Assembly (NCBI GenBank): GCA_020891255.1
Contig: BQFW01000003.1
Span: 1,794,445 to 1,858,444, forward strand
DNA: 64,000 nt
Source: Entomortierella parvispora E1425
Lineage: Eukaryota > Fungi > Mortierellomycota
Reading direction: 5' to 3'
Shown piece after piece: positions 52,025-63,868 of the stretch. Made by a program: the position numbers and the translations under genes. Under the pieces are notes generated by a model, which ran no database searches, was not told the DNA's origin, and was given only the letters and a program-made list of their open reading frames with translations. Every line of letters begins with the position of its first letter. The stretch's first letter is position 1.

Positions 52025-52611
52025 GACTCCCCCTCCAGAACTGAACTAGGGAAGTGTTCGTAATGTGTGGCTAGAAGCGGTAGCTAACCGTTCTGAGTAG
52101 CCATGATTAAAGGAAAAAAACCGTTAGGACGGGCAAAATAAGCCTTTAGTCAGTAAGCGAGGGATTGAAACCTCATTGTGAACTAAGCAGATTGTACAAG
52201 TCTGTCTTTGTCACTTGAGAAGTAAACCGTGAAGATCGGGAAAGCTTCTACTCTCAGGCAAAAAATAAAACCTGTGCGAAACAGTGCGTCTGCAAATTGC
52301 AACTGTCTATTACTTAGACTGGCTTGTGCCATGTCATTAGTCAGGGGTGATCTGACTTGTCAGGATGGAAAACGCAATGCGGACAAAACCATTGACAATG
52401 TAGTTGCATGAGGAGAGGAATGACAAAAGCAAAAAGCTTGTCTGTCTCACTCACGCACGGGTCAAGGAGTTAGAGCACGCGCGCCCACTCCCCCCGCAAA
52501 AAAAAAAATGAAAAAATTTTCTAAGCCACCGCCCATTAGGATGGCCCATCATTTAATTCATTCAACTCAATTCAGCTCCCCATTCCTTTTCACTTTTCTC
52601 CTAGAGGACGA

Positions 52612-53848
52612 CTACAGCTTCACTCTTTTGTTTCGCTCTGACCTTCGGACAGGCTGGACATTATCAACAGTAAAAGAGACCTTCTTAAGCGCCTTATTCG
52701 GGACTTTTCGCTGTCTCGTCTCCGTCGCCTGTAGAGCGTGCAGTCTTTTCAACTCTTCCTTCTTGGCCTTCTCCAACTTGCGTTGATGCTTGGCGACCAC
52801 TTGCGGATTCTTTTCATTCATGCGTTTCCAGTATTGGTGGACCATCTGGTCTGAGTCAAACCTCTCGTAGGGGATGTAGGAGTCTTCACTATCATTGTAT
52901 CCCTTCCAGTGGACCTTGTAGAGTATTCTGCCGTCTTCAAAAGTATGGCCTTTGATTGATTCTACTTCATAGCTCTCTTCGGAGGGCTTTTCTAGGTCCT
53001 GGGTTACTACGTTGAGCTGCTCAGGTGCATAATGACGAGGAAGAATCTCACCAATTGCGTTTTGTAATTCATAGGCTCCGAAAGCTGTCCTTCTTGTTAC
53101 TTTAAAAGGGCCGTGCTTTTTAGGGGTAAGAGCACCTTCGGCAACAGGATCTTCAGCCGTGACGAATGCACCAGGTTGTATTTCGCGAATGGTGTGAGAT
53201 TTGTTGAACTTATCGATCATTTTCTTTTGGTTACTGGAGCTAAGCTCTGATAACGCAGGAAATACCAGGTGAGTCAAGTATAATAATCTTTTCTCTAATT
53301 CTTCATCATTTAGAAGACGACTCTCGGCCGCTGTGAAGTTTGATATCCCAGGAAATGCTCGACCATAAAATAGTGAAAATGGTGTTGAATTGTGAAGTGA
53401 CACAATTTTGCTGTTCATCTGAAGCTGAACCATGGGTAAGTGCACATCCCAATCAGTAGGGTTTGCTTCAATGTTTTTTCGCAAGATGTCCTTCATTGAC
53501 TTGATATGTCTTTCCGCCACTCCGTTACCTCGAGGGTGGTATGGCGTTGAGACTCGGTGGTCAATCTGTAGAGTTTCTGTCAGATTGGTAATAATTTTGT
53601 TGACAAACTCTAGACCATTGTCGCTTTGGATAATCTTTGGGAATCCAATGTCGCAAAATAGACGAAAGAGACGCTTACTAACTGAAGCAGCATCTTTTGT
53701 TTTCAATTCAAATAGGAAAACAAATCTAGTGCAGACATCGACAACTAGGAGGGCATATTCATTGCCGTCTTTACTTGGTGGAAATTGAGCCAAGTCAATA
53801 GCCAAATGTTCACCAGGGAGTTCTGCGTGAATGGCTTTTAAAGGGTGG
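52612..53848 (-). pseudogene. 5'-truncated integrase-chromodomain ORF of element A
   Basis: Open frame from HPLKAIHAELPG to the stop at 52612. The HHCC, RT and gag regions are replaced by element B. Confidence 0.88.
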
Positions 53849-53959
53849 TGTAAAAGGAATACGGTGACATCACGCGATGTGTACCTACAAAAGCTAGAAA
53901 CTTGCAATATAATAAAACTCACTTCTTGTCTCCACTCCACCCTCGATACTCCTATTGCA
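53849..53959 (+). repeat. Family B LTR 1 (111 bp)
   Basis: TG..CA. One substitution versus the other three LTRs (tgtaaaagg vs tgtaacagg). Confidence 0.95.
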
Positions 53960-53990
53960 TGGTAGCAAAGGTTTTCGATCCACTGACCTC
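53960..53990 (+). other. Primer-binding site complementary to initiator tRNA-Met (second copy at 58819-58849)
   Basis: TGGTAGCAAAGGTTTTCGATCC directly after the LTR; complementary to the tRNAiMet 3' end (..GCUACCA) and T-loop (GGAUCGAAA). Confidence 0.85.
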
Positions 53991-54077
53991 ACTGACCCAC
54001 TGACCCTCCGACACACTCACACCCTGGACCCCCTCGTATCCCTCTTCGATCAACTCTCCCTCGACAATTCACCCAAC

Positions 54078-54998
54078 ATGGACTCCGCGACACCGTCATT
54101 CAAATTCCCTCATCCAACACCGTTCAACGGCAAGCGCGACGGATTCTCTGTTCTCGGTTTTCTGAAACGCATGACCTTTTTCTTCGATGGCGCTGGAATT
54201 GCCGAATCTCGCAAGGTCGGGGTTACCCTTGCCTTTGCCGGCGATGAGGTTATCGGCTGGTGGGCACTCTTAAACAAGCCATCCGACACCTCATTCCCGG
54301 ATTTCAGCGAGCTCCTTGCCGCCGAGTTCAGCCCTGCGAAGTTTAAGGAGCACATTCTCGCCCTCACAATGCAAATGAAAATGACACTGCCACTGAACAT
54401 CTCCAACGTCATGGCCTATATTACCAAAGCCCGTGAATACCACCTACTCCTCCAGTCTTACTACGCCGACAACGCAGTTCTCAACGATACTATCCGCACT
54501 GCCTTTCTCAGTGGTGCACCTACTCAGCTTCGCCAGATGCTGGAAGTGGCCATTGTTAATGCAGGCAACGACACCATAGATCTGCCCAGACTCTTTAAGG
54601 CCGCGGAGGAGTTCGGTCGTATCTTCCACACTGAAGACCCATCACTCGGTGCCAAAGCACTGGCTGCCTCGGGATCCTCTGCTGGTATCACCGACCCCAA
54701 CGCAATGGAAGTGGACAATATTCATATCCAACTCAACAATATCCACAAGCAACTCGGCACCCTTCACCGCTCCTTACAGAACCGCCCCACCAACGGTACT
54801 AACAACCCTTCTCGAGATCGCCCCGCACCCCTGACCGCCGCCGACCGAGAGTACCTTGTACGTAACGGTGGCTGCTTCCGCTGCCGCGAATTGGGTCACA
54901 TCAGTCCCAATTGCCCTAAGTACGGCAACGGCAGCCGAGGAATTAATCAAGTAACCGCGGGTGAATCCCCTGACTCGGGAAAAGCCTCCGGCAACTAG
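54078..54998 (+). CDS. gag: Gag of element B, outer copy
   Basis: Capsid-like P..FNGKRD motif, PNAMEVD, and the zinc knuckle CFRCRELGHISPNC. Confidence 0.92.
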   Translation: MDSATPSFKFPHPTPFNGKRDGFSVLGFLKRMTFFFDGAGIAESRKVGVTLAFAGDEVIGWWALLNKPSDTSFPDFSELLAAEFSPAKFKEHILALTMQMKMTLPLNISNVMAYITKAREYHLLLQSYYADNAVLNDTIRTAFLSGAPTQLRQMLEVAIVNAGNDTIDLPRLFKAAEEFGRIFHTEDPSLGAKALAASGSSAGITDPNAMEVDNIHIQLNNIHKQLGTLHRSLQNRPTNGTNNPSRDRPAPLTAADREYLVRNGGCFRCRELGHISPNCPKYGNGSRGINQVTAGESPDSGKASGN

Positions 54999-55021
54999 GG
55001 TCGGTCCGGACCCCAGTTGTC
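54977..55021 (+). other. -1 programmed ribosomal frameshift signal (second copy at 59836-59880)
   Basis: In-phase G GGA AAA heptamer, 6-nt spacer, then the stem-loop GGCAACU-A-GGGUC..GACCC-C-AGUUGUC. Confidence 0.85.
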
Positions 55022-58000
55022 GAAACTGTAGCCAACAACCCTGAGCTAAGTACCTCAAATAAAACTTCACTTGATTCTACACCTCAGAAACATGACTCCA
55101 ATCATGACAAGCGAACTCACATCCACGATGCTCTGGTTGTTCTATCGGACCGAAACCAAAACCAAACCAAAAAACCTGTTGCCTCGCCCGCTCCAGTTGC
55201 CCTGTCCGCTCCTCTACCTAGATCCTCCGATACAGATGAACCGGACCCTCTCGCTGTACCGCCGGCACCTAGTGTACCTCTGTCCAAAAGTCAGTTGAAG
55301 AAGTTGAAGCGTCGTGCGATTCGCCTACACGAATTCACTGTCCAAAAGGCAGAGAGCCAACTGCTCACTTTCATCGGTTCTGTCAATGGCCACGCTGCCA
55401 GAATCCTGATTGATGGTGGTGCAGAAGGTAATATTATCAGTTCGTCTTTTCAAAAGCGACACCAGCTCCTCCGCACTGAATGCTTGCCCATCCCCATCCT
55501 CCTCCCCAATGGCTCTTCCTCCCTTACATCACACACCGTCCCCATCACCCTCAACCGCAGCGACTACTCCGATTCGCTCAACCCTATTCTCTATCCTCTC
55601 AACAAATACGACCTCATCCTTGGCAAACCCTGGCTCACCAAAGTTAACCCTTGCATCAATTGGCGCACCAACGATCTTCATTTCACTCACAATGGAATCG
55701 ATGTCAAATGGAGCTGCCGCGGCTTCAAGGCCGATCACATCCAAAGCCGCACCAAAGGACTCCTCCTCACACACATGCACTTTCATTCCATGGCAACCCT
55801 GCCCGGCTCGGAGGTGTTCCTGGCCCTTATTCGCAACACCCCAGAGCCCTCTGAAGAAACTGACCAACCGCGTACAATTCCCGATATGACCCCCAGAGGT
55901 GCGGTCCATTGTCATGGAAGAGTTCGCTGATGTCTTTCCGGAGAAACTCCCGGACGGCCTGCCCCCAGACCGTGGTGATGCTATGAAGATCGAGACCGAC
56001 CCGACAGCCGACCCACCCTTCCGCCCTGTCATTAGACTTTCAATCGCCGAGCTTGACGAACTTCGCAAACAACTGGACCAATTGCTAGCAGCAGGTTTTA
56101 TCAAACCCAATACCTCTCCCTATGGCGCCCCCGTGCTCTTTGTGCGGAAGAAGGACAGCACACTCCGAATGTGCGTCGACTACCGTGGCCTCAACAAGAT
56201 CACCAGGAAGAACAGACACCCGTTGCCCCGTATCGACGAGCTACTTGACCGCTTCCGTGGAGCACGCTATTACTCCAAGTTGGACTTGTTATCCGGTTAT
56301 CATCAGCAGCGTATCTTTGAACCACACACACACAAGACTGCCTTCCGTTGTCGCTATGGTCACTTTGAATTCAATGTTGTTCCCTTTGGCCTTACTAACG
56401 CTCCTGCTTCGTTCTCCAATATGATGTTGCGAGTACTCGATCCAGTCTTGGACAAATGGGTTGTCGTGTATCTCGACGATCTGTTGATCTACTCCAAGAC
56501 AAAGAAAGAACACCTGCAGCATCTCCGAAGCGTCCTGGCTCTCCTCCGCAAGAATGGTCTGTACGCGAAATTGAGCAAGTGCTCCTTCATGCAAGACGAA
56601 ACTGAATTTTTGGGCCACACCATCACGAAGGACGGGATCAAAACATCGGCCGGGCTCAGCAAAGCCATCAGTGACTGGCCCACCCCCAAGAGCACAAAGG
56701 ACGTCCAGCAATTTTTGGGGCTTGCGCAATTTTATCAACAGTACGTATCGGGCTTTGCAGGGATTGCCCTCCCTCTCTCTTCCCTCCTCGCCAACAACAC
56801 TCCCTTCAAATGGACCGACGAACAACAATCTGCATTCCTTCAGCTCAAACGCGCCATCTGCTCCGCCCCCGTCCTCCGCATCTTCGACCCTGATCTCTCA
56901 CCTTTGTCGAAACAGATGCATCCGGTTTCGCCATCGGTGCAGTGCTGCTGCAGACTGACCGGGAAGGGAATACCCATCCCATCGCATTCACTTCCAGGAA
57001 AATGCAGTCAGCTGAGCGGAACTACCCTGTCCATGAGCAGGAACTGTTGGCTGTCATCCATGCGCTCCGCACTTGGCGCTACTACCTCGATGGAACCAAG
57101 TTCAGCGTCCACACCGACCACGCCACCCTCCGCCACTTCCCCCACACAGCCCAAACTCACTCGTCGACAGGCTCGCTGGATGGAGTTGCTTCAGGAATAC
57201 GACTTTGACTTCAAGTACAAGCGAGGAGTTGACAACATCGTCCCAGACGCTCTCTCCCGACGACCGGACTACCGCGAGCCTGACCCTGTTGAGCTATACA
57301 ACCTCAGCGTCTCCCTGTCCCCGGACGTCCGTGACCAGCTTGTCCAGGACTACAACGACGATCCTCGACTTGGACCCATCTACAAGGATTGCCTGGATGG
57401 GAAGGTTGCCAATGGATATTCATTCCAGAACAACCTCCTCTACTTTACCCGACGTGGAGCAACCACCCTGGCCATCCCTCGGCACTCCCCGATCCGCCTC
57501 ACTCTCTTGCACGACGCTCACGACTCTGCCACTGCTGGACACTTTGGTTTTCAAAAGACTTACGACAACCTGCGCCGTTTCGTATATTGGCCCCACATCG
57601 CCAAGGATACCCAGCAGTATGTAGCAACCTGCGAGAAGTGTCAAAGGAACAAGGACTCACAGGATCGACCAGCTGGACTCTTGCAACCGCTACCCATTCC
57701 TTCGCAACGTTGGGAGGTAGTCACCATGGACTTCATCGGCCCTCTTCCGCCCACAGCTAGAAATTTTGACGCCATCACAGTGTTTGTCGACAAGCTGACC
57801 AAGCAAGCTCACTTCGTCCCCAGTACTACCTCTGCCACAGCCGTCGACGTCGCCCACCAGTTTTTTGACAACATCTTTAAGCTGCATGGCACACCAACAT
57901 CCATCATCTCGGACCGCGACACTCGATTCACTAGTAGATTCTGGCAAGAGTTGCACAGGCTAATGGATGTCAAACTTGCACTGTCAACCGCCTACCACCC

Positions 58001-58707
58001 ACAGACGGATGGGCAGACAGAGGTTATGAACAAGACGCTGAAGACTATGTTGAGAGCGTTTATTGACAACAAGCAGTCTAACTGGGACCAGCTCCTTCCG
58101 TCACTGGAATTCGCCTATAACAACGCTGTCAATGCATCCACGGGATACTCGCCGTTCTTCCTCAACTCTGGCCAGCACCCTCGTCTCCCCACCGCTCTCC
58201 TCGGTAAACCCAGCAGCTCAGTCCCCACTGTCGATACCTTCCTGACTGAGCAGGCGACCACCCTTGCCCTGGCCCAGGATGCTCTGCAGCGTGCTCAGGA
58301 TCATCAGGAGCAACAGGCAAACAAGCGACGACGGGATCACAAGTACAAGGTTGGCGATAAGGTCCTGCTGCGTGCCACCAATATCACCATCCCTGCCGAC
58401 AGTATCAGACCAGCCGATAAACTTCGACCTCAATTCCTTGGCCCGTTCACACTTTTGGAGCAACACTCACCTGTCACCTTCCGCGTCGAGCTGCCACCAT
58501 TCTACAAAATCCATGACGTCTTCCACGTTGATACCTTTCGACCCTATTTGCCGTCCCCGGAGTCACTCGGCATTCGAGCTCCTGCCCCCGTGGATCCCAC
58601 TGTAATTGACGGCGAAGAGGAGTATGAAGTGGACGAAATTTTAAAGTACCGCTTCTACCGCAGACAACACCAGTTCCTAGTGTCATTCAAAGGCTACGGC
58701 AGAGAAG
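54977..58707 (+). CDS. pol: Pol of element B, outer copy (PR-RT-RH-IN-CHD), entered by -1 frameshift; frame breaks at ~55890, ~56897, ~57140
   Basis: The -1 frame is open from the slippery site through PR (ILIDGGA). RT YLDD, IN HHCC/DDE, GPF and chromodomain follow. Confidence 0.88.
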
Positions 58708-58818
58708 TGTAACAGGAATACGGTGACATCACGCGATGTGTACCTACAAAAGCTAGAAACTTGCAATATAATAAAACTCACTTCTTGTCTCCACTCCACC
58801 CTCGATACTCCTATTGCA
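58708..58818 (+). repeat. Family B LTR 2 (111 bp; 5' LTR of inner copy)
   Basis: Direct repeat, TG..CA, followed by the PBS. Confidence 0.95.
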
Positions 58819-58936
58819 TGGTAGCAAAGGTTTTCGATCCACTGACCTCACTGACCCACTGACCCTCCGACACACTCACACCCTGGACCCCCTCGTATCC
58901 CTCTTCGATCAACTCTCCCTCGACAATTCACCCAAC

Positions 58937-59857
58937 ATGGACCCCGCGACACCGTCATTCAAATTCCCTCATCCAACACCGTTCAACGGCAAGCGCGACG
59001 GATTCTCTGTTCTCGGTTTTCTGAAACGCATGACCTTTTTCTTCGATGGCGCTGGAATTGCCGAACCTCGCAAGGTCGGGGTTACCCTTGCCTTTGCCGG
59101 CGATGAGGTTATCGGCTGGTGGGCACTCTTAAACAAGCCATCCGACACCTCATTCCCGGATTTCAGCGAGCTCCTTGCCACCGAGTTCAGTCCTGCGAAG
59201 TTTAAGGAGCACATTCTCGCCCTCACAATGCAAATGAAAATGACACTGCCACTGAACATCTCCAACGTCATGGCCTATATTACCAAAGCCCGTGAATACC
59301 ACCTGCTCCTCCAGTCTTACTACGCCGACAACGCAGTTCTCAACGATACTATCCGTACTGCCTTTCTCAGTGGTGCACCTACTCAGCTTCGCCAGATGCT
59401 GGAAGTGGCCATTGTTAATGCAGGCAACGACACCATAGATCTGCCCAGACTCTTTAAGGCCGCGGAGGAGTTCGGTCGTATCTTCCACACTGAAGACCCA
59501 TCACTCGGTGCCAAAGCACTGGCTGCCTCGGGATCCTCTGCTGGTATCACCGACCCCAACGCAATGGAAGTGGACAATATTCATATCCAACTCAACAATA
59601 TCCACAAGCAACTCGGCACCCTTCACCGCTCCTTACAGAACCGCCCCACCAACGGTACTAACAACCCTTCTCGAGATCGCCCCGCACCCCTGACCGCCGC
59701 CGACCGAGAGTACCTTGTACGTAACGGTGGCTGCTTCCGCTGCCGCGAATTGGGTCACATCAGTCCCAATTGCCCTAAGTACGGCAACGGCAGCCGAGGA
59801 ATTAATCAAGTAACCGCGGGTGAATCCCCTGATTCGGGAAAAGCCTCCGGCAACTAG
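58937..59857 (+). CDS. gag: Gag of element B, inner copy
   Basis: Near-identical to the outer copy, with an intact CCHC knuckle. Confidence 0.92.
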   Translation: MDPATPSFKFPHPTPFNGKRDGFSVLGFLKRMTFFFDGAGIAEPRKVGVTLAFAGDEVIGWWALLNKPSDTSFPDFSELLATEFSPAKFKEHILALTMQMKMTLPLNISNVMAYITKAREYHLLLQSYYADNAVLNDTIRTAFLSGAPTQLRQMLEVAIVNAGNDTIDLPRLFKAAEEFGRIFHTEDPSLGAKALAASGSSAGITDPNAMEVDNIHIQLNNIHKQLGTLHRSLQNRPTNGTNNPSRDRPAPLTAADREYLVRNGGCFRCRELGHISPNCPKYGNGSRGINQVTAGESPDSGKASGN

Positions 59858-62800
59858 GGTCGGTCCGGACCCCAGTTGTCGAAACTGTAGCCAACAACCC
59901 TGAGCTAAGTACCTCAAATAAAACTTCACTTGATTCTACACCTCAGAAACATGACTCCAATCATGACAAGCGAACTCACATCCACGATGCTCTGGTTGTT
60001 CTATCGGACCGAAACCAAAACCAAACCAAAAAACCTGTTGCCTCGCCCGCTCCAGTTGCCCTGTCCGCTCCTCTACCTAGATCCTCCGATACAGATGAAC
60101 CGGACCCTCTCGCTGTACCGCCGGCACCTAGTGTACCTCTGTCCAAAAGTCAGTTGAAGAAGTTGAAGCGTCGTGCGATTCGCCTACACGAATTCACTGT
60201 CCAAAAGGCAGAGAGCCAACTGCTCACTTTCATCGGTTCTGTCAATGGCCACGCTGCCAGAATCCTGATTGATGGTGGTGCAGAAGGTAATATTATCAGT
60301 TCGTCTTTTCAAAAGCGACACCAGCTCCTCCGCACTGAATGCTTGCCCATCCCCATCCTCCTCCCCAATGGCTCTTCCTCCCTCACATCACACACCGTCC
60401 CCATCACCCTCAACCGCAGCGACTACTCCGATTCGCTCAACCCTATTCTCTATCCTCTCAACAAATACGACCTCATCCTTGGCAAACCCTGGCTCACCAA
60501 AGTTAACCCTTGCATCAATTGGCGCACCAACGATCTTCATTTCACTCACAATGGAATCGATGTCAAATGGAGCTGCCGCGGCTTCAAGGCCGATCACATC
60601 CAAAGCCGCACCAAAGGACTCCTCCTCACACACATGCACTTTCATTCCATGGCAACCCTGCCCGGCTCGGAGGTGTTCCTGGCCCTTATTCGCAACACCC
60701 CAGAGCCCTCTGAAGAAACTGACCAACCGCGTACAATTCCCGATATGACCCCCAGAGGTGCGGTCCATTGTCATGGAAGAGTTCGCTGATGTCTTTCCGG
60801 AGAAACTCCCGGACGGCCTGCCCCCAGACCGTGGTGATGCTATGAAGATCGAGACCGACCCGACAGCCGACCCACCCTTCCGCCCTGTCATTAGACTTTC
60901 AATCGCCGAGCTTGACGAACTTCGCAAACAACTGGACCAATTGCTAGCAGCAGGTTTTATCAAACCCAGTACCTCTCCCTATGGCGCCCCCGTGCTCTTT
61001 GTGCGGAAGAAGGACGGCACACTCCGAATGTGCGTCGACTACCGTGGCCTCAACAAGATCACCAGGAAGAACAGACACCCGTTGCCCCGTATCGACGAGC
61101 TTCTTGACCGCTTCCGTGGAGCACGCTATTACTCCAAGTTGGACTTGTTATCCGGTTATCATCAGCAGCGTATCTTTGAACCACACACACACAAGACTGC
61201 CTTCCGTTGTCGCTATGGTCACTTTGAGTTCAATGTTGTTCCCTTTGGCCTTACTAACGCTCCTGCTTCGTTCTCCAATATGATGTTGCGAGTGCTCGAT
61301 CCAGTCTTGGACAAATGGGTTGTCGTGTATCTCGACGATCTGTTGATCTACTCCAAGACAAAGAAAGAACACCTGCAGCATCTCCGAAGCGTCCTGGCTC
61401 TCCTCCGCAAGAACGGTCTGTACGCGAAATTGAGCAAGTGCTCCTTCATGCAAGACGAAACTGAATTTTTGGGCCACACCATCACGAAGGACGGGATCAA
61501 AACATCGGCCGGGCTCAGCAAAGCCATCAGTGACTGGCCCACCCCCAAGAGCACAAAGGACGTCCAGCAATTTTTGGGGCTTGCGCAATTTTATCAACAG
61601 TACGTATCGGGCTTTGCAGGGATTGCCCTCCCTCTCTCTTCCCTCCTCGCCAACAACACTCCCCTTCAAATGGACCGACGAACAACAATCTGCATTCCTT
61701 CAGCTCAAACGCGCCATCTGCTCCGCCCCCGTCCTCCGCATCTTCGACCCTGATCTCCTCACCTTTGTCGAAACAGATGCATCCGGTTTCGCCATCGGTG
61801 CAGTGCTGCTGCAGACTGACCGGGAAGGGAATACCCATCCCATCGCATTCACTTCCAGGAAAATGCAGTCAGCTGAGCGGAACTACCCTGTCCATGAGCA
61901 GGAGCTGTTGGCTGTCATCCATGCGCTCCGCACTTGGCGCTACTACCTCGATGGAACCAAGTTCAGCGTCCACACCGACCACGCCACCCTCCGCCACTTC
62001 CCCACACAGCCCAAACTCACTCGTCGACAGGCTCGCTGGATGGAGTTGCTTCAGGAATACGACTTTGACTTCAAGTACAAGCGAGGAGTTGACAACATCG
62101 TCCCAGACGCTCTCTCCCGACGACCGGACTACCGCGAGCCTGACCCTGTTGAGCTATACAACCTCAGCGTCTCCCTGTCCCCGGACGTCCGTGACCAGCT
62201 TGTCCAGGACTACAACGACGATCCTCGACTTGGACCCATCTACAAGGATTGCCTGGATGGGAAGGTTGCCAATGGATATTCATTCCAGAACAACCTCCTC
62301 TACTTTACCCGACGTGGAGCAACCACCCTGGCCATCCCTCGGCACTCCCCGATCCGCCTCACTCTCTTGCACGACGCTCACGACTCTGCCACTGCTGGAC
62401 ACTTTGGTTTTCAAAAAGACTTACGACAACCTGCGCCGTTTCGTATATTGGCCCCACATCGCCAAGGATACCCAGCAGTATGTAGCAACCTGCGAGAAGT
62501 GTCAAAGGAACAAGGACTCACAGGATCGACCAGCTGGACTCTTGCAACCGCTACCCATTCCTTCGCAACGTTGGGAGGTAGTCACCATGGACTTCATCGG
62601 CCCTCTTCCGCCCACAGCTAGAAATTTTGACGCCATCACAGTGTTTGTCGACAAGCTGACCAAGCAAGCTCACTTCGTCCCCAGTACTACCTCTGCCACA
62701 GCCGTCGACGTCGCCCACCAGTTTTTGACAACATCTTTAAGCTGCATGGCACACCAACATCCATCATCTCGGACCGCGACACTCGATTCACTAGTAGATT

Positions 62801-63659
62801 CTGGCAAGAGTTGCACAGGCTAATGGATGTCAAACTTGCACTGTCAACCGCCTACCACCCACAGACGGATGGGCAGACAGAGGTTATGAACAAGACGCTG
62901 AAGACTATGTTGAGAGCGTTTATTGACAACAAGCAGTCTAACTGGGACCAGCTCCTTCCGTCACTGGAATTCGCCTATAACAACGCTGTCAATGCATCCA
63001 CGGGATACTCGCCGTTCTTCCTCAACTCTGGCCAGCACCCTCGTCTCCCCACCGCTCTCCTCGGTAAACCCAGCAGCTCAGTCCCCACTGTCGATACCTT
63101 CCTGACTGAGCAGGCGACCACCCTGCCCTGGCCCAGGATGCTCTGCAGCGTGCTCAGGATCATCAGGAGCAACAGGCAAACAAGCGACGACGGGATCACA
63201 AGTACAAGGTTGGCGATAAGGTCCTGCTGCGTGCCACCAATATCACCATCCCTGCCGACAGTATCAGACCAGCCGATAAACTTCGACCTCAATTCCTTGG
63301 CCCGTTCACACTTTTGGAGCAACACTCACCTGTCACCTTCCGCGTCGAGCTGCCACCATTCTACAAAATCCATGACGTCTTCCACGTTGATACCTTTCGA
63401 CCCTATTTGCCGTCCCCGGAGTCACTCGGCATTCGAGCTCCTGCCCCCGTGGATCCCACTGTAATTGACGGCGAAGAGGTATGAAGTGGACGAAATTTTA
63501 AAGTACCGCTTCTACCGCAGACAACACCAGTTCCTAGTGTCATTCAAAGGCTACGGCAGAAGCTGACGAATGGCTCCCAGTAAGCAACTTGGACAACTGC
63601 ATGGACTTGGTCACAACCTTCAAAGAGCAGCACGGTATCATTTTTTTAAAAGGGGAAGG
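59836..63659 (+). CDS. pol: Pol of element B, inner copy; several 1-2 nt frame breaks
   Basis: Same domain order. Copy-specific indels at ~61662, ~62415, ~62724, ~63124, ~63479 and ~63558. Confidence 0.85.
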
Positions 63660-63770
63660 TGTAACAGGAATACGGTGACATCACGCGATGTGTACCTACA
63701 AAAGCTAGAAACTTGCAATATAATAAAACTCACTTCTTGTCTCCACTCCACCCTCGATACTCCTATTGCA
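63660..63770 (+). repeat. Family B LTR 3 (111 bp; 3' LTR of inner copy)
   Basis: Preceded by PPT AAAAGGGGAAGG. Confidence 0.95.
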
Positions 63771-63868
63771 AGAAGCTGACGAATGGCTCCCCAGTAAGCA
63801 ACGGACAACTGCATGGACTTGGTCACAACCTTCAAAGAGCAGCACGGTATCATTTTTAAAAGGGAAGG

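Larger units (their letters stand above)
51813..53848 (-). mobile_element. Ty3/gypsy chromovirus family A, 3' remnant (integrase + chromodomain, PPT, 3' LTR)
   Basis: Integrase core (LAIDL, IQSDNG, GNGVAER, GPF) and chromodomain YEVESI..YKVHWKGY. PPT GGAGGGGGAG at 52027-52036. LTR at 51813-52024. Confidence 0.92.
58708..63770 (+). mobile_element. Ty3/gypsy chromovirus family B, inner full-length copy
   Basis: Identical LTRs 58708-58818 and 63660-63770, PBS at 58819, PPT 63648-63659, flanked by AGAAG duplicates. Confidence 0.95.

Noticed and set aside
53960-53990. tRNA gene on the minus strand
   Set aside because: Only the 3' ~30 nt match, directly after an LTR. This is a PBS with no cloverleaf.
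55872-55896. 25-nt GT..AG mini-intron that would fix the PR-RT frame
   Set aside because: Far shorter than any intron in this window and has no internal branch point.
53849-63770. Head-to-tail tandem array of two elements sharing LTR2
   Set aside because: The outer copy lacks its PPT before LTR2. The missing 3' end appears after LTR3 with an AGAAG duplication, which indicates nesting.
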